NCBI GenBank assembly: GCA_036558325.1
Contig: DATBFU010000153.1
Coordinates: 4,482-68,481 of the forward strand
DNA length: 64,000 nucleotides
Source of the DNA: Thermoanaerobaculia bacterium
GTDB taxonomy: Bacteria; Acidobacteriota; Thermoanaerobaculia; UBA5066; Gp7-AA6
Reading direction: 5' to 3'
This document shows, piece after piece, positions 1-8,949 of this stretch (the first letter of the stretch is position 1; each line of letters opens with the position of its first letter). Below the pieces are notes generated by a model, which ran no database searches, had not been told where the DNA came from, and saw nothing but the letters and a program-made list of their open reading frames with translations. Made by a program: the position numbers and the translations under genes.

Positions 1-437
1 CCGCACGTCACGCGTCGCGCCGCGGCCTCTTCGACGGGAACCGGACGCTCTGGTGCGGCTTCGTCGTCCGGGGGCCCTCCGGCGCCGCCTACTTCGCCGG
101 CGACACCGGATACGGAACGCACTTCGGGAAGATCGCCGCGGCCTTCCCGGGGCTGCGCCTCGCGCTCCTGCCGATCGGCGGCTTCGTCCCCGCCTGGTAC
201 ATGGCGCCGGTGCACATGGGACCGGAGGACGCCGTCCGCGCCTGCCGCGACCTCGGCGCCGTTGCCTGCGTTCCGATGCACTTCGGCACGTTCCCGGTGT
301 CCGACGACGCCGAGCTCGAGCCGGTCGAGACCCTTCGCGCCGCGCTCGCGAAGGATCCCGTGGCGAGGCCGCCCTTCACGATTCTCGACAACGGGGAGTC
401 GTTCGACGTCCCCGCCGCGCCCGGACGCGGCCGCTAG
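1..437 (+). CDS. MBL-fold metallo-hydrolase, C-terminal part (5' end outside window)
   Basis: Frame 3 is open from the window edge. It translates as ...FAGDTGYGTHFGKIAAAFPGLRLALLPIGGFVPAWYMAPVHMGPEDAVRACRDLGAVACVPMHFGTFPVSDD..., which resembles the C-terminal half of NAPE-PLD-like beta-lactamase-fold hydrolases. Confidence 0.7.
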   Translation, partial: ARHASRRGLFDGNRTLWCGFVVRGPSGAAYFAGDTGYGTHFGKIAAAFPGLRLALLPIGGFVPAWYMAPVHMGPEDAVRACRDLGAVACVPMHFGTFPVSDDAELEPVETLRAALAKDPVARPPFTILDNGESFDVPAAPGRGR

Positions 438-1936
438 AAGTTCTGCAGCGCCTCGACCGGCGCGTAGGCGTCGGTCAGCTCCGGCGTTCCATCCGGCGGA
501 TCGGGGCTGTGGAGCAGCGACTCCGCGAAATCCGCGAGGCGCGGCACGCGCCATTGCTTGCCGAGCGCGGCCGCCTGCTCGCGGATGCGGTCGAGCGGGA
601 CGGGGTCGCTCGACATCGTCGCGAGGAGGAAGATGTTGCCCCTCGGGGTCCGGCTGCCGGCCGCGATCTCGGGGCTCGAGACGTAGACCTGTCCGTACTG
701 CCGCCGGATGGTCGCGTAGCTCGCCCAGAAGAGGCGCGCGTCGCGGCCCATGAGCGACCCGATGTAGTTCGCGACGAAGGCGCCGTCCGGCGCGGTGCGC
801 CGGCGCACGGCCTCGAAGAATTCGCGCGTCGTCAGGTGGAAGGGAACACCCGTCGCGTTGAACGCGTCGAGGATCACGAGGTCGTAGAGCGGCCCCGGCC
901 GGGCGAGGAAGACGCGTCCGTCTTCGATCGTCGTCCGGACGCGCGGCCCTTCGGAGTACAGGAAGAACTTCTTCGCAATATCGCGCACCGCGGGATCGAT
1001 CTCGACGGTCTCGATCGTGACGTCCGGAGCGACGGACGAGATCTCGCGCGGAAAGACGCCGCCGCCCAGACCGATCATGCAGATCCTTCTGATGCCGGGC
1101 CGCACGGCGAACGGAAGGAAGAAGGCCTGCTCGAAGTTCAGCACGGAGCGGCCCGGGTCCGCCATGTTCACGGCGCCCTGACGCAGGTTGTCGAAGCGCA
1201 GGTAGCGCGTCGAGTCCATCTCCGTGACCGCGATGTGATGGTAGGGCGTGTCCTTGCGGAGGAGGACTTTCTCGCCGCCGATGCTCGCGGGCGGCCCCTG
1301 CGTGAATCCCGCGAGCGCGCAGGCGAGCACGGCGCCGCCCGAAGCGAGGGCGCTCGCGCGCCCGCCCACGAGGAGCACCGCGCAGACGGCGAGCGTTCCC
1401 GCGAGCGCGAGCAGCAGGACGTGCACGGGCAGGATCGGGATCAGCACGAACGCCGTCGCGAGCGTGCCGACGATCGAGCCCGCCGTCGAGAGCGCCGAAT
1501 AACCGCCGGCCACCGAGCCGGCCCGGTCGGCGCCGCGGATCGCGAGTCGCACGGCGAACGGCGAGACCATGCCCATCGCGAGCGACGGCGGCAGAAAGAG
1601 GATGAGCGCCGCGACGAGCGCCGACCAGCGCACGTCCCAGCCGGCCGAGCCCAGGCGGCGCAGGAGCTCCGGCGCCCACACGACGGCGGGCAGCACGAGC
1701 GCGGCGGCCGCCGCGAGGATCATCGACAGGTTCGCCGTCGTCGGACGCGCGTCGGCCAGGCGGCCTCCGACGGCATAGCCGACGGCGAGCGCCACCAGAA
1801 AAGTCGTGATGAGACCTCCCCAGACGTAGACGGACGAGCCGTAGGCCGGAGCGAGGACGCGCGAGCCGAGGATCTCGAGCGACATGAGCACGGCGCCCGA
1901 GAGCGCGACGACGGACTTCAACCGCCAGCTGTTCAT
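434..1936 (-). CDS. Fused polytopic membrane domain / spermidine-synthase-like protein
   Basis: The N-terminal ~220 aa are strongly hydrophobic with several predicted helices. The C-terminal part is a class-I methyltransferase / spermidine-synthase-like fold (ICMIGLGGGVFPRE..., LVILDAFN). I prefer the ATG at 1936; the ORF track starts at TTG 1981. Confidence 0.75.
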   Translation of the reverse strand: MNSWRLKSVVALSGAVLMSLEILGSRVLAPAYGSSVYVWGGLITTFLVALAVGYAVGGRLADARPTTANLSMILAAAAALVLPAVVWAPELLRRLGSAGWDVRWSALVAALILFLPPSLAMGMVSPFAVRLAIRGADRAGSVAGGYSALSTAGSIVGTLATAFVLIPILPVHVLLLALAGTLAVCAVLLVGGRASALASGGAVLACALAGFTQGPPASIGGEKVLLRKDTPYHHIAVTEMDSTRYLRFDNLRQGAVNMADPGRSVLNFEQAFFLPFAVRPGIRRICMIGLGGGVFPREISSVAPDVTIETVEIDPAVRDIAKKFFLYSEGPRVRTTIEDGRVFLARPGPLYDLVILDAFNATGVPFHLTTREFFEAVRRRTAPDGAFVANYIGSLMGRDARLFWASYATIRRQYGQVYVSSPEIAAGSRTPRGNIFLLATMSSDPVPLDRIREQAAALGKQWRVPRLADFAESLLHSPDPPDGTPELTDAYAPVEALQNF

Positions 1937-2032
1937 GAAAGCCGCAATTCGCGCGTTCGCGAGGGGGTTTGCGTGCCGCAAGAATAGCAGGAAAGGTAGA
2001 CTTCCGCCGTTCGTTCGATCCGGGAGGCCGAC

Positions 2033-3532
2033 ATGTCATCCGCCATCGAAAGCGGCGCCGTGCGCTCGACCGAGGCCCGCGGGCCGGAGCCGCTCCCCAA
2101 CTTCATCGGCGGCCGCTGGGTGCCGTCGCGCGCCGCCGAGTCCCTCGCCGTCCACAATCCGGCGACGGGCGCGGTCATCGCCCGCACGCCGCTCTCGACT
2201 TCCGAGGACCTCGCCGCCGCGGTGGAAGCGGCCAGGCGCGCGTTCCCCGCCTGGCGCGACACGGCCTGGCCGGCCCGCGCGCGCCCGCTCTACAAGTTCC
2301 GGGCGCTTCTCGAGGAGCACTTCGAGGAGCTCGCCCGCATCGTCACGACCGAGCACGGAAAGACGCTCGACGAGTCGCGCGGCAGTGTCCGCCGCGGCAT
2401 CGAGTGCGTCGAGGTCGCCTGCGGCGCGCCATCGCTCTCGATGGGTTACGGGCAGGAGAACATCTCCGCCGGAATCGACTGCCAGGTGATCCGCCAGCCC
2501 CTCGGCGTGTGCGCCGCGATCGCGCCGTTCAACTTCCCCGCGATGGTGCCGCTCTGGTTCCTGCCCTTCGGGGTCGCGACCGGCAACACGTTCATCGTCA
2601 AACCGTCGGAGCAGGTGCCGCTCTCGCAGAAGCGGATCTTCGAGCTCCTCGAGCAGTGCGATTTGCCGCCCGGCGTCGTGAATCTCGTCAACGGCGGACG
2701 CGAGGTGGTCGAGGCGATCTGCGACCACAAGGACATCCGCGCCGTCTCGTTCGTCGGATCGACGCCCGTGGCGCGCGCCGTCTATCAGCGGGCGACCCAT
2801 TCGGGAAAACGCGTCCAGGCGCTCGGCGGCGCGAAGAATTTCGTGGTCGTGATGCCCGATGCGGACCTGGACCGGGCGATCCCGGTCATCACCGAGTCCT
2901 TCTACGGGTGCGCTGGCGAGCGGTGCCTCGCCGGCAGCGTGCTCGTGCCCGTCGGCGAGGCGCACGGCGAGGCGCGCGATCGGATCGTCGCGTCGGCGCG
3001 GTCCCTCAAGGTCGGCGACGGCGCGGACGCCGGCGTCGCGATGGGACCCGTCATCAGCGCGAAGCACCGGGAACGGGTCACGGGCTACATCGACCGAGGA
3101 GTCTCCGAGGGCGCCGACCTTCTGCTCGACGGCCGCCCGCTGCGCGTACCGGGCCGCGAGGACGGCTACTTCGTCGGCCCGACCGTCTTCGACCGCGTCT
3201 CTCCCGGGATGACGATCGGCCGCGAGGAGATTTTCGGCCCGGTGGCGTCGATCACTCCCGTGAAGACGCTGGCGGAGGCGATCGACGTGATGCTCGCGCA
3301 TCCCAACGCCAACGCGACGTCCATCTTCACGTCCAGCGGCAAGGCCGCACGCGAGTTCGCGCGGCTCGCCTCGGCCTCGATGGTCGGCGTCAACATCGGC
3401 GTCGCGGCGCCGATGGCGCCCTTCCCGTTCGGCGGCGCGAAGGACAGCTTCTTCGGGGACCTCAAAGTGCACGGGCGGGACGCGTTCGAGTTCTACACGG
3501 ACAAGAAGGTCGTGATCTCGAGGTGGTTCTGA
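2033..3532 (+). CDS. mmsA: CoA-acylating methylmalonate/malonate-semialdehyde dehydrogenase
   Basis: 499 aa aldehyde dehydrogenase with an MmsA-type N-terminus (LPNFIGGRWVPS) and the motifs FNFPAMVPLW and GAKNF. A GGGAGG Shine-Dalgarno lies upstream. It heads a pyrimidine-catabolism gene string. Confidence 0.9.
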   Translation: MSSAIESGAVRSTEARGPEPLPNFIGGRWVPSRAAESLAVHNPATGAVIARTPLSTSEDLAAAVEAARRAFPAWRDTAWPARARPLYKFRALLEEHFEELARIVTTEHGKTLDESRGSVRRGIECVEVACGAPSLSMGYGQENISAGIDCQVIRQPLGVCAAIAPFNFPAMVPLWFLPFGVATGNTFIVKPSEQVPLSQKRIFELLEQCDLPPGVVNLVNGGREVVEAICDHKDIRAVSFVGSTPVARAVYQRATHSGKRVQALGGAKNFVVVMPDADLDRAIPVITESFYGCAGERCLAGSVLVPVGEAHGEARDRIVASARSLKVGDGADAGVAMGPVISAKHRERVTGYIDRGVSEGADLLLDGRPLRVPGREDGYFVGPTVFDRVSPGMTIGREEIFGPVASITPVKTLAEAIDVMLAHPNANATSIFTSSGKAAREFARLASASMVGVNIGVAAPMAPFPFGGAKDSFFGDLKVHGRDAFEFYTDKKVVISRWF

Positions 3533-3545
3533 AGAGATTGACGTA

Positions 3546-3588
3546 GGGCGGCCCTTGCGGCCGCCCGCGGGCGGGACGAGCCCCGCCC
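3546..3588. repeat. Two tandem GC-rich hairpins (REP-like) in the mmsA / ureidopropionase spacer
   Basis: GGGCGGCC-cttgc-GGCCGCCC spans 3546-3566 and GGGCGGG-acgagc-CCCGCCC spans 3569-3588. The second hairpin is the near-exact reverse complement of the element at 5944-5964. Both copies are preceded by GTAGGG. Confidence 0.6.
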
Positions 3589-3613
3589 CTGCGGGTTGGA
3601 GGGAAGGCGTCGG

Positions 3614-4486
3614 ATGGCGAGAAGAGTCTTGGGCGGCCTGATCCAGTGCGCGACGCCGGTGGGCGATCCGGCGACGCCGATCGAGAAGGTGCGGGAGGAC
3701 GCGATCGCGCGGCACATTCCCTTCCTCGAGGAAGCGGGAAAGCGCGGCGTCCAGATCCTCGGCCTCCAGGAGGTCTTCAACGGCCCCTACTTCTGTCCCT
3801 CGCAGGATCCCCGCTGGTACGACATGGCGGAGCCGGTGCCCGGTCCCACGACCGAGCGGATGGCCGAGTACGCGAAGAAATACCGGATGGCGATGGTCGT
3901 GCCGGTCTACGAGCGCGAACAGGCCGGCGTCTACTACAACACCGCGGCCGTCTACGACGCCGACGGGACGTATCTCGGCAAGTACCGCAAGAACCACATC
4001 CCGCACACGGCCGGTTTCTGGGAGAAATACTTCTTCAAACCAGGCAACCTGGGCTATCCGGTCTTCCAGACGCGCTACGCGAAGGTCGGCGTCTACATCT
4101 GCTACGACCGCCACTTCCCCGAGGGCGCGCGCCTGCTGGGCTTGAACGGCGCCGAGATCGTCTTCAACCCTTCGGCGACGGTGGCCGGGCTCTCCCAATA
4201 TCTCTGGAAGCTCGAGCAGCCGGCGCACGCCGTCGCAAACGGCTACTTCATGGCCTGCTCGAACCGCGTCGGCTCCGAGCCGCCGTGGAACATCGGACGC
4301 TTCTACGGGTCGTCGTACTTCGTGGACCCGCGCGGCAACTTCCTCGCGCAGGGATCGGAGGACAAGGACGAGCTCGTGACGGCCGAAATGGACCTCGACA
4401 TGATCGAGGAGGTGCGCCGCGTGTGGCAGTTCTTCCGCGACCGCCGCCCGGAGACCTACCGCGACATGGCGGAGCTCCTTCCTTGA
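3614..4486 (+). CDS. Beta-ureidopropionase (N-carbamoyl-beta-alanine amidohydrolase), nitrilase superfamily
   Basis: Carbon-nitrogen hydrolase fold with the catalytic Cys context VGVYICYDRHFPE. GGAGGGAAGG lies upstream of ATG 3614; the track ORF starts at TTG 3596. It sits next to dihydropyrimidinase. Confidence 0.85.
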   Translation: MARRVLGGLIQCATPVGDPATPIEKVREDAIARHIPFLEEAGKRGVQILGLQEVFNGPYFCPSQDPRWYDMAEPVPGPTTERMAEYAKKYRMAMVVPVYEREQAGVYYNTAAVYDADGTYLGKYRKNHIPHTAGFWEKYFFKPGNLGYPVFQTRYAKVGVYICYDRHFPEGARLLGLNGAEIVFNPSATVAGLSQYLWKLEQPAHAVANGYFMACSNRVGSEPPWNIGRFYGSSYFVDPRGNFLAQGSEDKDELVTAEMDLDMIEEVRRVWQFFRDRRPETYRDMAELLP

Positions 4487-5862
4487 GAACGCTCGTCCGC
4501 GGCGGCACGGTCGTCACCGCGGCCGACATCTATCGCGGCGACGTGCTCGTCGTGGACGAGAAGATCGCGGCGCTCGGAACGAGTCTCGACGGCCCGGCGG
4601 ACAGGACGATCGACGCCTCCGGCAAATACGTGATCCCGGGCGGCATCGACGTCCACACGCACCTCGACATGCCCTTCGGCGGCACGACGTCGGCCGACGA
4701 CTTCGCTTCCGGAACGATCGCGGCGGCTCACGGCGGCACGACGTCGGTCGTGGATTTCGCGATCCAGTACAAGGGGCAGACGCTGCGGCAGGCCTGGGAC
4801 GCCTGGATGAAGAAGGCCGACGGGAAGGCGGCGATCGACTACGGCTTCCACATGATCATCACGGATCTGCCGGACGCCGTCGAGCGCGAGATGGACGCGA
4901 TGGTCGAAGCGGGCATCACGTCCTTCAAGCTCTTCATGGCCTACCGCGGCGTCCTGATGCTCGACGACGGCTCGATCTTCCGGGCGCTCCTGCGGACGGC
5001 CGGCAACGGCGGCACGATCTGCATGCACGCGGAGAACGGAGACGTCATCGACGTGCTCGTCAAGCGCGCCCTCGCCGAGGGCAAGACCGAGCCGAGGTAC
5101 CACGCGCTGACCCGGCCGCCGCGCGCCGAGGCCGAGGCGACGCACCGCGCGATCGCGCTCGCCGAGATGGCCGGCGTTCCGCTCTACGTCGTGCATCTCT
5201 CCGCGGCCGAGGCGCTCGAGCAGGTCACGCTCGCGCGCGACCGCGGGCTTCCCGCCTACGCCGAGACGTGCCCGCAATACCTCTTTCTCTCGTACGCCAA
5301 CTACGAGGAGCCCGGCTTCGAGGGCGCGAAGTACGTCATGTCGCCGCCGCTCCGCGCGATGGGCAACGAGGAAAAACTCTGGCGCGGTCTCGCGGGCAAC
5401 GACCTGCAGGCCGTCTCCACCGACCACTGCCCGTTCTGCATGAAGGAGCAGAAGGAGCTCGGCCGCGGCGACTTCTCGAAGATCCCCAACGGCGCTCCCG
5501 GCATCGAGACGCGCATGAGCCTGCTCTTCGACGGCGGCGTGAAGGCCGGCCGGATCACGCTCAACCGGTTCGTCGAGCTGACGTCGACCTCGCCGGCGAA
5601 GATCTTCGGCCTCTTTCCCCGGAAAGGCACGATTGCGCCGGGCTCCGACGCCGACCTCGTGATCTTCGACCCCGAGAAGAAGCACACGCTGTCGGCGAAG
5701 ACGCACCACATGAAGGTGGACTACAACCCGTACGAAGGACGCGAAGTGACCGGACAGGCGGACACGGTGGTGTCGCGAGGACGCGTGATCGTCGAAAAGG
5801 GAGAATTCGTCGGGAAAGCTGGAGGGGGCTCGTTTCTGAAGAGAAGCCCGAGGGCCCAATGA
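4483..5862 (+). CDS. Dihydropyrimidinase (D-hydantoinase)
   Basis: Cyclic amidohydrolase with IPGGIDVHTHLDMPFGGT and SDHCPF-type motifs. TTG 4483 overlaps the upstream stop (TTGA). The upstream part of track ORF 3646..5862 lies in another frame of the preceding gene and is not coding. Confidence 0.9.
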   Translation: MRTLVRGGTVVTAADIYRGDVLVVDEKIAALGTSLDGPADRTIDASGKYVIPGGIDVHTHLDMPFGGTTSADDFASGTIAAAHGGTTSVVDFAIQYKGQTLRQAWDAWMKKADGKAAIDYGFHMIITDLPDAVEREMDAMVEAGITSFKLFMAYRGVLMLDDGSIFRALLRTAGNGGTICMHAENGDVIDVLVKRALAEGKTEPRYHALTRPPRAEAEATHRAIALAEMAGVPLYVVHLSAAEALEQVTLARDRGLPAYAETCPQYLFLSYANYEEPGFEGAKYVMSPPLRAMGNEEKLWRGLAGNDLQAVSTDHCPFCMKEQKELGRGDFSKIPNGAPGIETRMSLLFDGGVKAGRITLNRFVELTSTSPAKIFGLFPRKGTIAPGSDADLVIFDPEKKHTLSAKTHHMKVDYNPYEGREVTGQADTVVSRGRVIVEKGEFVGKAGGGSFLKRSPRAQ

Positions 5863-5911
5863 TCGCCCCCGCCGGCCCCTCTCGCCGTCCGGTCAGAGGC
5901 TCTCGACCGCT

Positions 5912-5964
5912 GGTCGCGAAGCGACCGCCGCGGCCGAAAGTAGGGGCGGGGCTCGTCCCCGCCC
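5912..5964. repeat. Two tandem GC-rich hairpins (REP-like) in the dihydropyrimidinase / aminotransferase spacer
   Basis: GGTCGC-gaa-GCGACC spans 5912-5926 and GGGCGGGG-ctcgt-CCCCGCCC spans 5944-5964. The second is the inverted copy of 3569-3588. Confidence 0.6.
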
Positions 5965-5977
5965 GAGGGAGCGACGC

Positions 5978-7312
5978 ATGAGCACGACCAAGACGCAGGC
6001 TCCGACCTCCGCGACGACGAAGGCCGTCCGCGAGAAGCACAAGGAATTCCTCTTCCCCGCCACGATCCAGTACTACGCGGAGCCCGTCGTACTGACCGAG
6101 GGCAAGGGCCTCCGCATCCGCGACGCCGACGGCAACGAGTACCTGGACTTCTTCGGCGGCATCCTGACGGTCTCGATCGGCCACGCGGACGACCGCGTCA
6201 ACGCCGCGATCGTCGCGCAGCTCGACCGCTTCGCGCACGTCTCGACGCTCTATCCGACGATGCCGGTCGTCGAGCTTGCGGAGCGCCTCGCGCGTCTGAC
6301 GCCGGGGAACCTGAAACAGTCGTACTTCACGGCGTCCGGCACCGAAGCGGACGAGACGGCCGTGATGATGGCGCAGCTCGCGACGGGCAACATGGAGATC
6401 GTCGCGCTGCGGCACGGCTACTCCGGGCGCTCGATGCTCGCCCAATCGCTGACCGCCCATTCGAGCTGGCGCGCGCTGCCGACCCAGGTCGCGGGAATCA
6501 AGCACGCCGTCTCGCCCTACTGCTATCGCTGCCCGCTCCATCTCACCTACCCCTCGTGCGGCATCGCCTGCGCGAAGGACATCGAGGAGCTGATCCGCAC
6601 GACGACGACCGGCCGCATCGCGGGATTCCTGGCGGAGCCGATCCAGGGCGTCGGCGGATTCATCACGCCGCCGCCGGAGTACTTCGAGATCGCCGTCGGC
6701 ATCGTGAAAAAATACGGCGGCCTCTTCCTCTGCGACGAGGTCCAGACCGGCTTCGGCCGCACCGGCGGCAAGATGTGGGGCATCGAGCACTGGGGCGTGC
6801 AGCCCGACGTCATGACGATGGCCAAGGGCGTGGCCAACGGTCTGCCGCTCGGCGTGACGATCGCGACGCCGGAGATCGCCGCGTCGCTGAAAGCGCTGAC
6901 GATCTCGACCTTCGGCGGCAACCCGATCTCCTGCGCCGCCGCCAACGCGACGATCCGGATCATCGAGGAGGAGGACCTGGCCGGCAACTCCGAGCGGATG
7001 GGACGCCTCCTGCGCGCGGGCCTCGAAGAGCTCCAACGCCGTTTCCCGAAGTCGATCGGCGACGTGCGCGGGATGGGGCTCATGCAGGCGGTCGAGCTCG
7101 TCGAGGACGAGACCGCGGGCAACCGCACGCCGGACCGCGCGACGACCGGCCGCGTGTTCGAGGAAGCGAAGAAGCGCGGGCTCCTGATCGGAAAGGGCGG
7201 GCTCGAGGGCAACTCGTTCCGCATCGCGCCGGCGCTGACGGTCGGGAAGTCCGACATCGACGAGGCGCTCGGAATTCTGCGCGAATCGTTCGAGGCGGCC
7301 GGGGCGCGGTAG
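5978..7312 (+). CDS. Class-III PLP aminotransferase (beta-alanine / beta-aminoisobutyrate transaminase candidate, AGXT2-like)
   Basis: Motifs DEVQTGFGRTG, MTMAKGVANG (PLP lysine context) and STFGGNP. Its position between dihydropyrimidinase and mmsA-type genes suggests the substrate. Confidence 0.85.
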   Translation: MSTTKTQAPTSATTKAVREKHKEFLFPATIQYYAEPVVLTEGKGLRIRDADGNEYLDFFGGILTVSIGHADDRVNAAIVAQLDRFAHVSTLYPTMPVVELAERLARLTPGNLKQSYFTASGTEADETAVMMAQLATGNMEIVALRHGYSGRSMLAQSLTAHSSWRALPTQVAGIKHAVSPYCYRCPLHLTYPSCGIACAKDIEELIRTTTTGRIAGFLAEPIQGVGGFITPPPEYFEIAVGIVKKYGGLFLCDEVQTGFGRTGGKMWGIEHWGVQPDVMTMAKGVANGLPLGVTIATPEIAASLKALTISTFGGNPISCAAANATIRIIEEEDLAGNSERMGRLLRAGLEELQRRFPKSIGDVRGMGLMQAVELVEDETAGNRTPDRATTGRVFEEAKKRGLLIGKGGLEGNSFRIAPALTVGKSDIDEALGILRESFEAAGAR

Positions 7313-7357
7313 GACTCCGGCGGCGCCGTTCGGCGCTGCGAAGAATCGTTTGACGCG

Positions 7358-7804
7358 ATGGAACCGATCATCGACCACATCGAGATCACGGTCCGCGACA
7401 TGGGCGTGGCCGTCCGCTTCTACGACCGGCTTCTTCCCCTGCTCGGCTTCGACGTCCGAAAGCGAGTCCGCGCCGTCATCGACGCGCACGAGAAAGAGGT
7501 CGTGGAGTACGGGGACCCGCGGCTGGGATTCGCCATCACCTCGGCGAGAACCGGCTTTCGCGACGAAACGATTCATCGGCGCCGGCCGGGGTCGCTCCAT
7601 CACCTCGCCTTCCGGGCGGCATCGCGGGCCGAAGTCGACCGACTGCATGCCGAGGTCAAGGGAATCGGCGCCACGATCGTGAGTCCGCCCCGGGAGTACC
7701 CGGAGTACACGCCGCCCGGCTACTACGCCTTCTTCTTCAAGGACCCGGAGGGCATCAAGTACGAGATCGTGTGCGCGGAACGAACGGATCGAAACCCGGC
7801 GTAG
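7358..7804 (+). CDS. VOC (glyoxalase/bleomycin-resistance/dioxygenase) family protein
   Basis: 148 aa. N-terminal IDHIEITVRDMGVAVRFY and C-terminal YAFFFKDPEGIKYEIV are typical of the paired beta-alpha-beta-beta-beta VOC fold. Confidence 0.7.
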   Translation: MEPIIDHIEITVRDMGVAVRFYDRLLPLLGFDVRKRVRAVIDAHEKEVVEYGDPRLGFAITSARTGFRDETIHRRRPGSLHHLAFRAASRAEVDRLHAEVKGIGATIVSPPREYPEYTPPGYYAFFFKDPEGIKYEIVCAERTDRNPA

Positions 7805-7830
7805 AATCGGGCGAGCGCCACCGGCACCCC

Positions 7831-8949
7831 ATGAGCTCCGATCTCTCAACCGTCTTCACCGGGATCCGTTTCGAGAATCCCTTTCTCCTCGCCTCGGCGC
7901 CCCCGACGGAATCGGAGTCGAACATCCTGCGCGCTTTCGAGTCCGGCTGGGGCGGCGTCGTCACGAAGACGATCGGCCTGCACCCGGTCGTCAACGTCAA
8001 GGGGCCGAAGACGAACTTCCTCCGCGCGGATTCCGATTCGCCGCACCTCTCGATGAAGAAACGGGCCGGCGCCGCGCTCCACTCCTCCTGGAACTGGGAG
8101 CTCATCTCCGACAGGCCGCTCGACTGGTGGATCGGGCGTCTCTCGAAGATCAAGAAGGCCCACCCGACGAAGGTCCTCGTCGCCTCGATCATGGCGGGAT
8201 CGGGCTCCGACGAGGAGCTCCGCCATTGGCAGACGCTCGCGAAGGCCTGCCAGGACGAAGGCGTCGACGCGCTCGAGCTCAACCTCTCCTGCCCGCACAT
8301 GGACCGCAAGGACATGGGCTCGAACATCGGCAAGGACCAACAGCAGATCTCGATCGTGACGCACGTCGTGCGCGAGGTGGCGCGCGTCCCGATCTGGGCC
8401 AAGCTCACGCCCTCGACGACCGACATCGTCGTCGAGGCGCGGGGCGCGTTCCTCGGCGGCGCCGACGCGATCTCCTCCTCGAACACCTTCACGTCGCTCA
8501 CGCTCATCGATCCCGAGACGCTCGAGTTCGAGATGAACGTGGAGGGCCTGACCTCGATGGGCGGGCTCGGCGGCCCGGCGATCCTGCCGCTCTCGCTCGC
8601 GAAGATGGCCCAGATGACGGCCGCTCTTCCCGACCGCAGCTTCTCGGGCATCGGCGGCGTCTCGACTTTCGAGCACGCGCTCAACTACTTCCTGCTCGGC
8701 TGCGGAACCGTGCAGGTCTGCACGGCCGCCATGCTCGACCACGCGGTCGGGCCGAACGTGATCCGCGAGCTCCAGCGGGGTATGGCGGAGTTCCTCGAGA
8801 AGAACGCGCACCGCGGCTGGAAGACCCTCGACGACTTCCGCGGCCTCCGGCGCGACCGCGTCGTGGCGCACGCGAAGATCAAACGGCCGGACGCCGCCGA
8901 TTACCACGGCGGCTACGAGGCGGAATCGGCGGGCGCGAAGTCCTCGTGA
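7831..8949 (+). CDS. Dihydropyrimidine dehydrogenase catalytic (PreA / DPD domain IV-like, FMN TIM-barrel) protein lacking the C-terminal 4Fe-4S ferredoxin domain
   Basis: GIRFENPFLLASAPP, ELNLSCPHM (DPD-type catalytic Cys context) and GIGGVST. The last ~70 aa contain no CxxCxxCxxxCP motifs. I prefer ATG 7831 over the track start at 7771. Confidence 0.8.
   Translation: MSSDLSTVFTGIRFENPFLLASAPPTESESNILRAFESGWGGVVTKTIGLHPVVNVKGPKTNFLRADSDSPHLSMKKRAGAALHSSWNWELISDRPLDWWIGRLSKIKKAHPTKVLVASIMAGSGSDEELRHWQTLAKACQDEGVDALELNLSCPHMDRKDMGSNIGKDQQQISIVTHVVREVARVPIWAKLTPSTTDIVVEARGAFLGGADAISSSNTFTSLTLIDPETLEFEMNVEGLTSMGGLGGPAILPLSLAKMAQMTAALPDRSFSGIGGVSTFEHALNYFLLGCGTVQVCTAAMLDHAVGPNVIRELQRGMAEFLEKNAHRGWKTLDDFRGLRRDRVVAHAKIKRPDAADYHGGYEAESAGAKSS

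Noticed and set aside
53-1987. 644-aa plus-strand ORF covering the spermidine-synthase-like gene region
   Set aside because: The translation is Arg/Ala/Gly/Pro/Asp-rich low complexity with no motifs. It is the mirror frame of a well-supported minus-strand gene, a typical GC-rich shadow ORF.
2036-4228. 730-aa minus-strand ORF antisense to mmsA and beta-ureidopropionase. The same pattern applies to 5561-7849, 8964-11030, 11997-13868, 18045-20945 and 20855-23092.
   Set aside because: All of these are antisense to genes with clear family motifs and have R/A/G/D/E-dominated sequences with no recognisable domains. High GC suppresses stop codons in non-coding frames.
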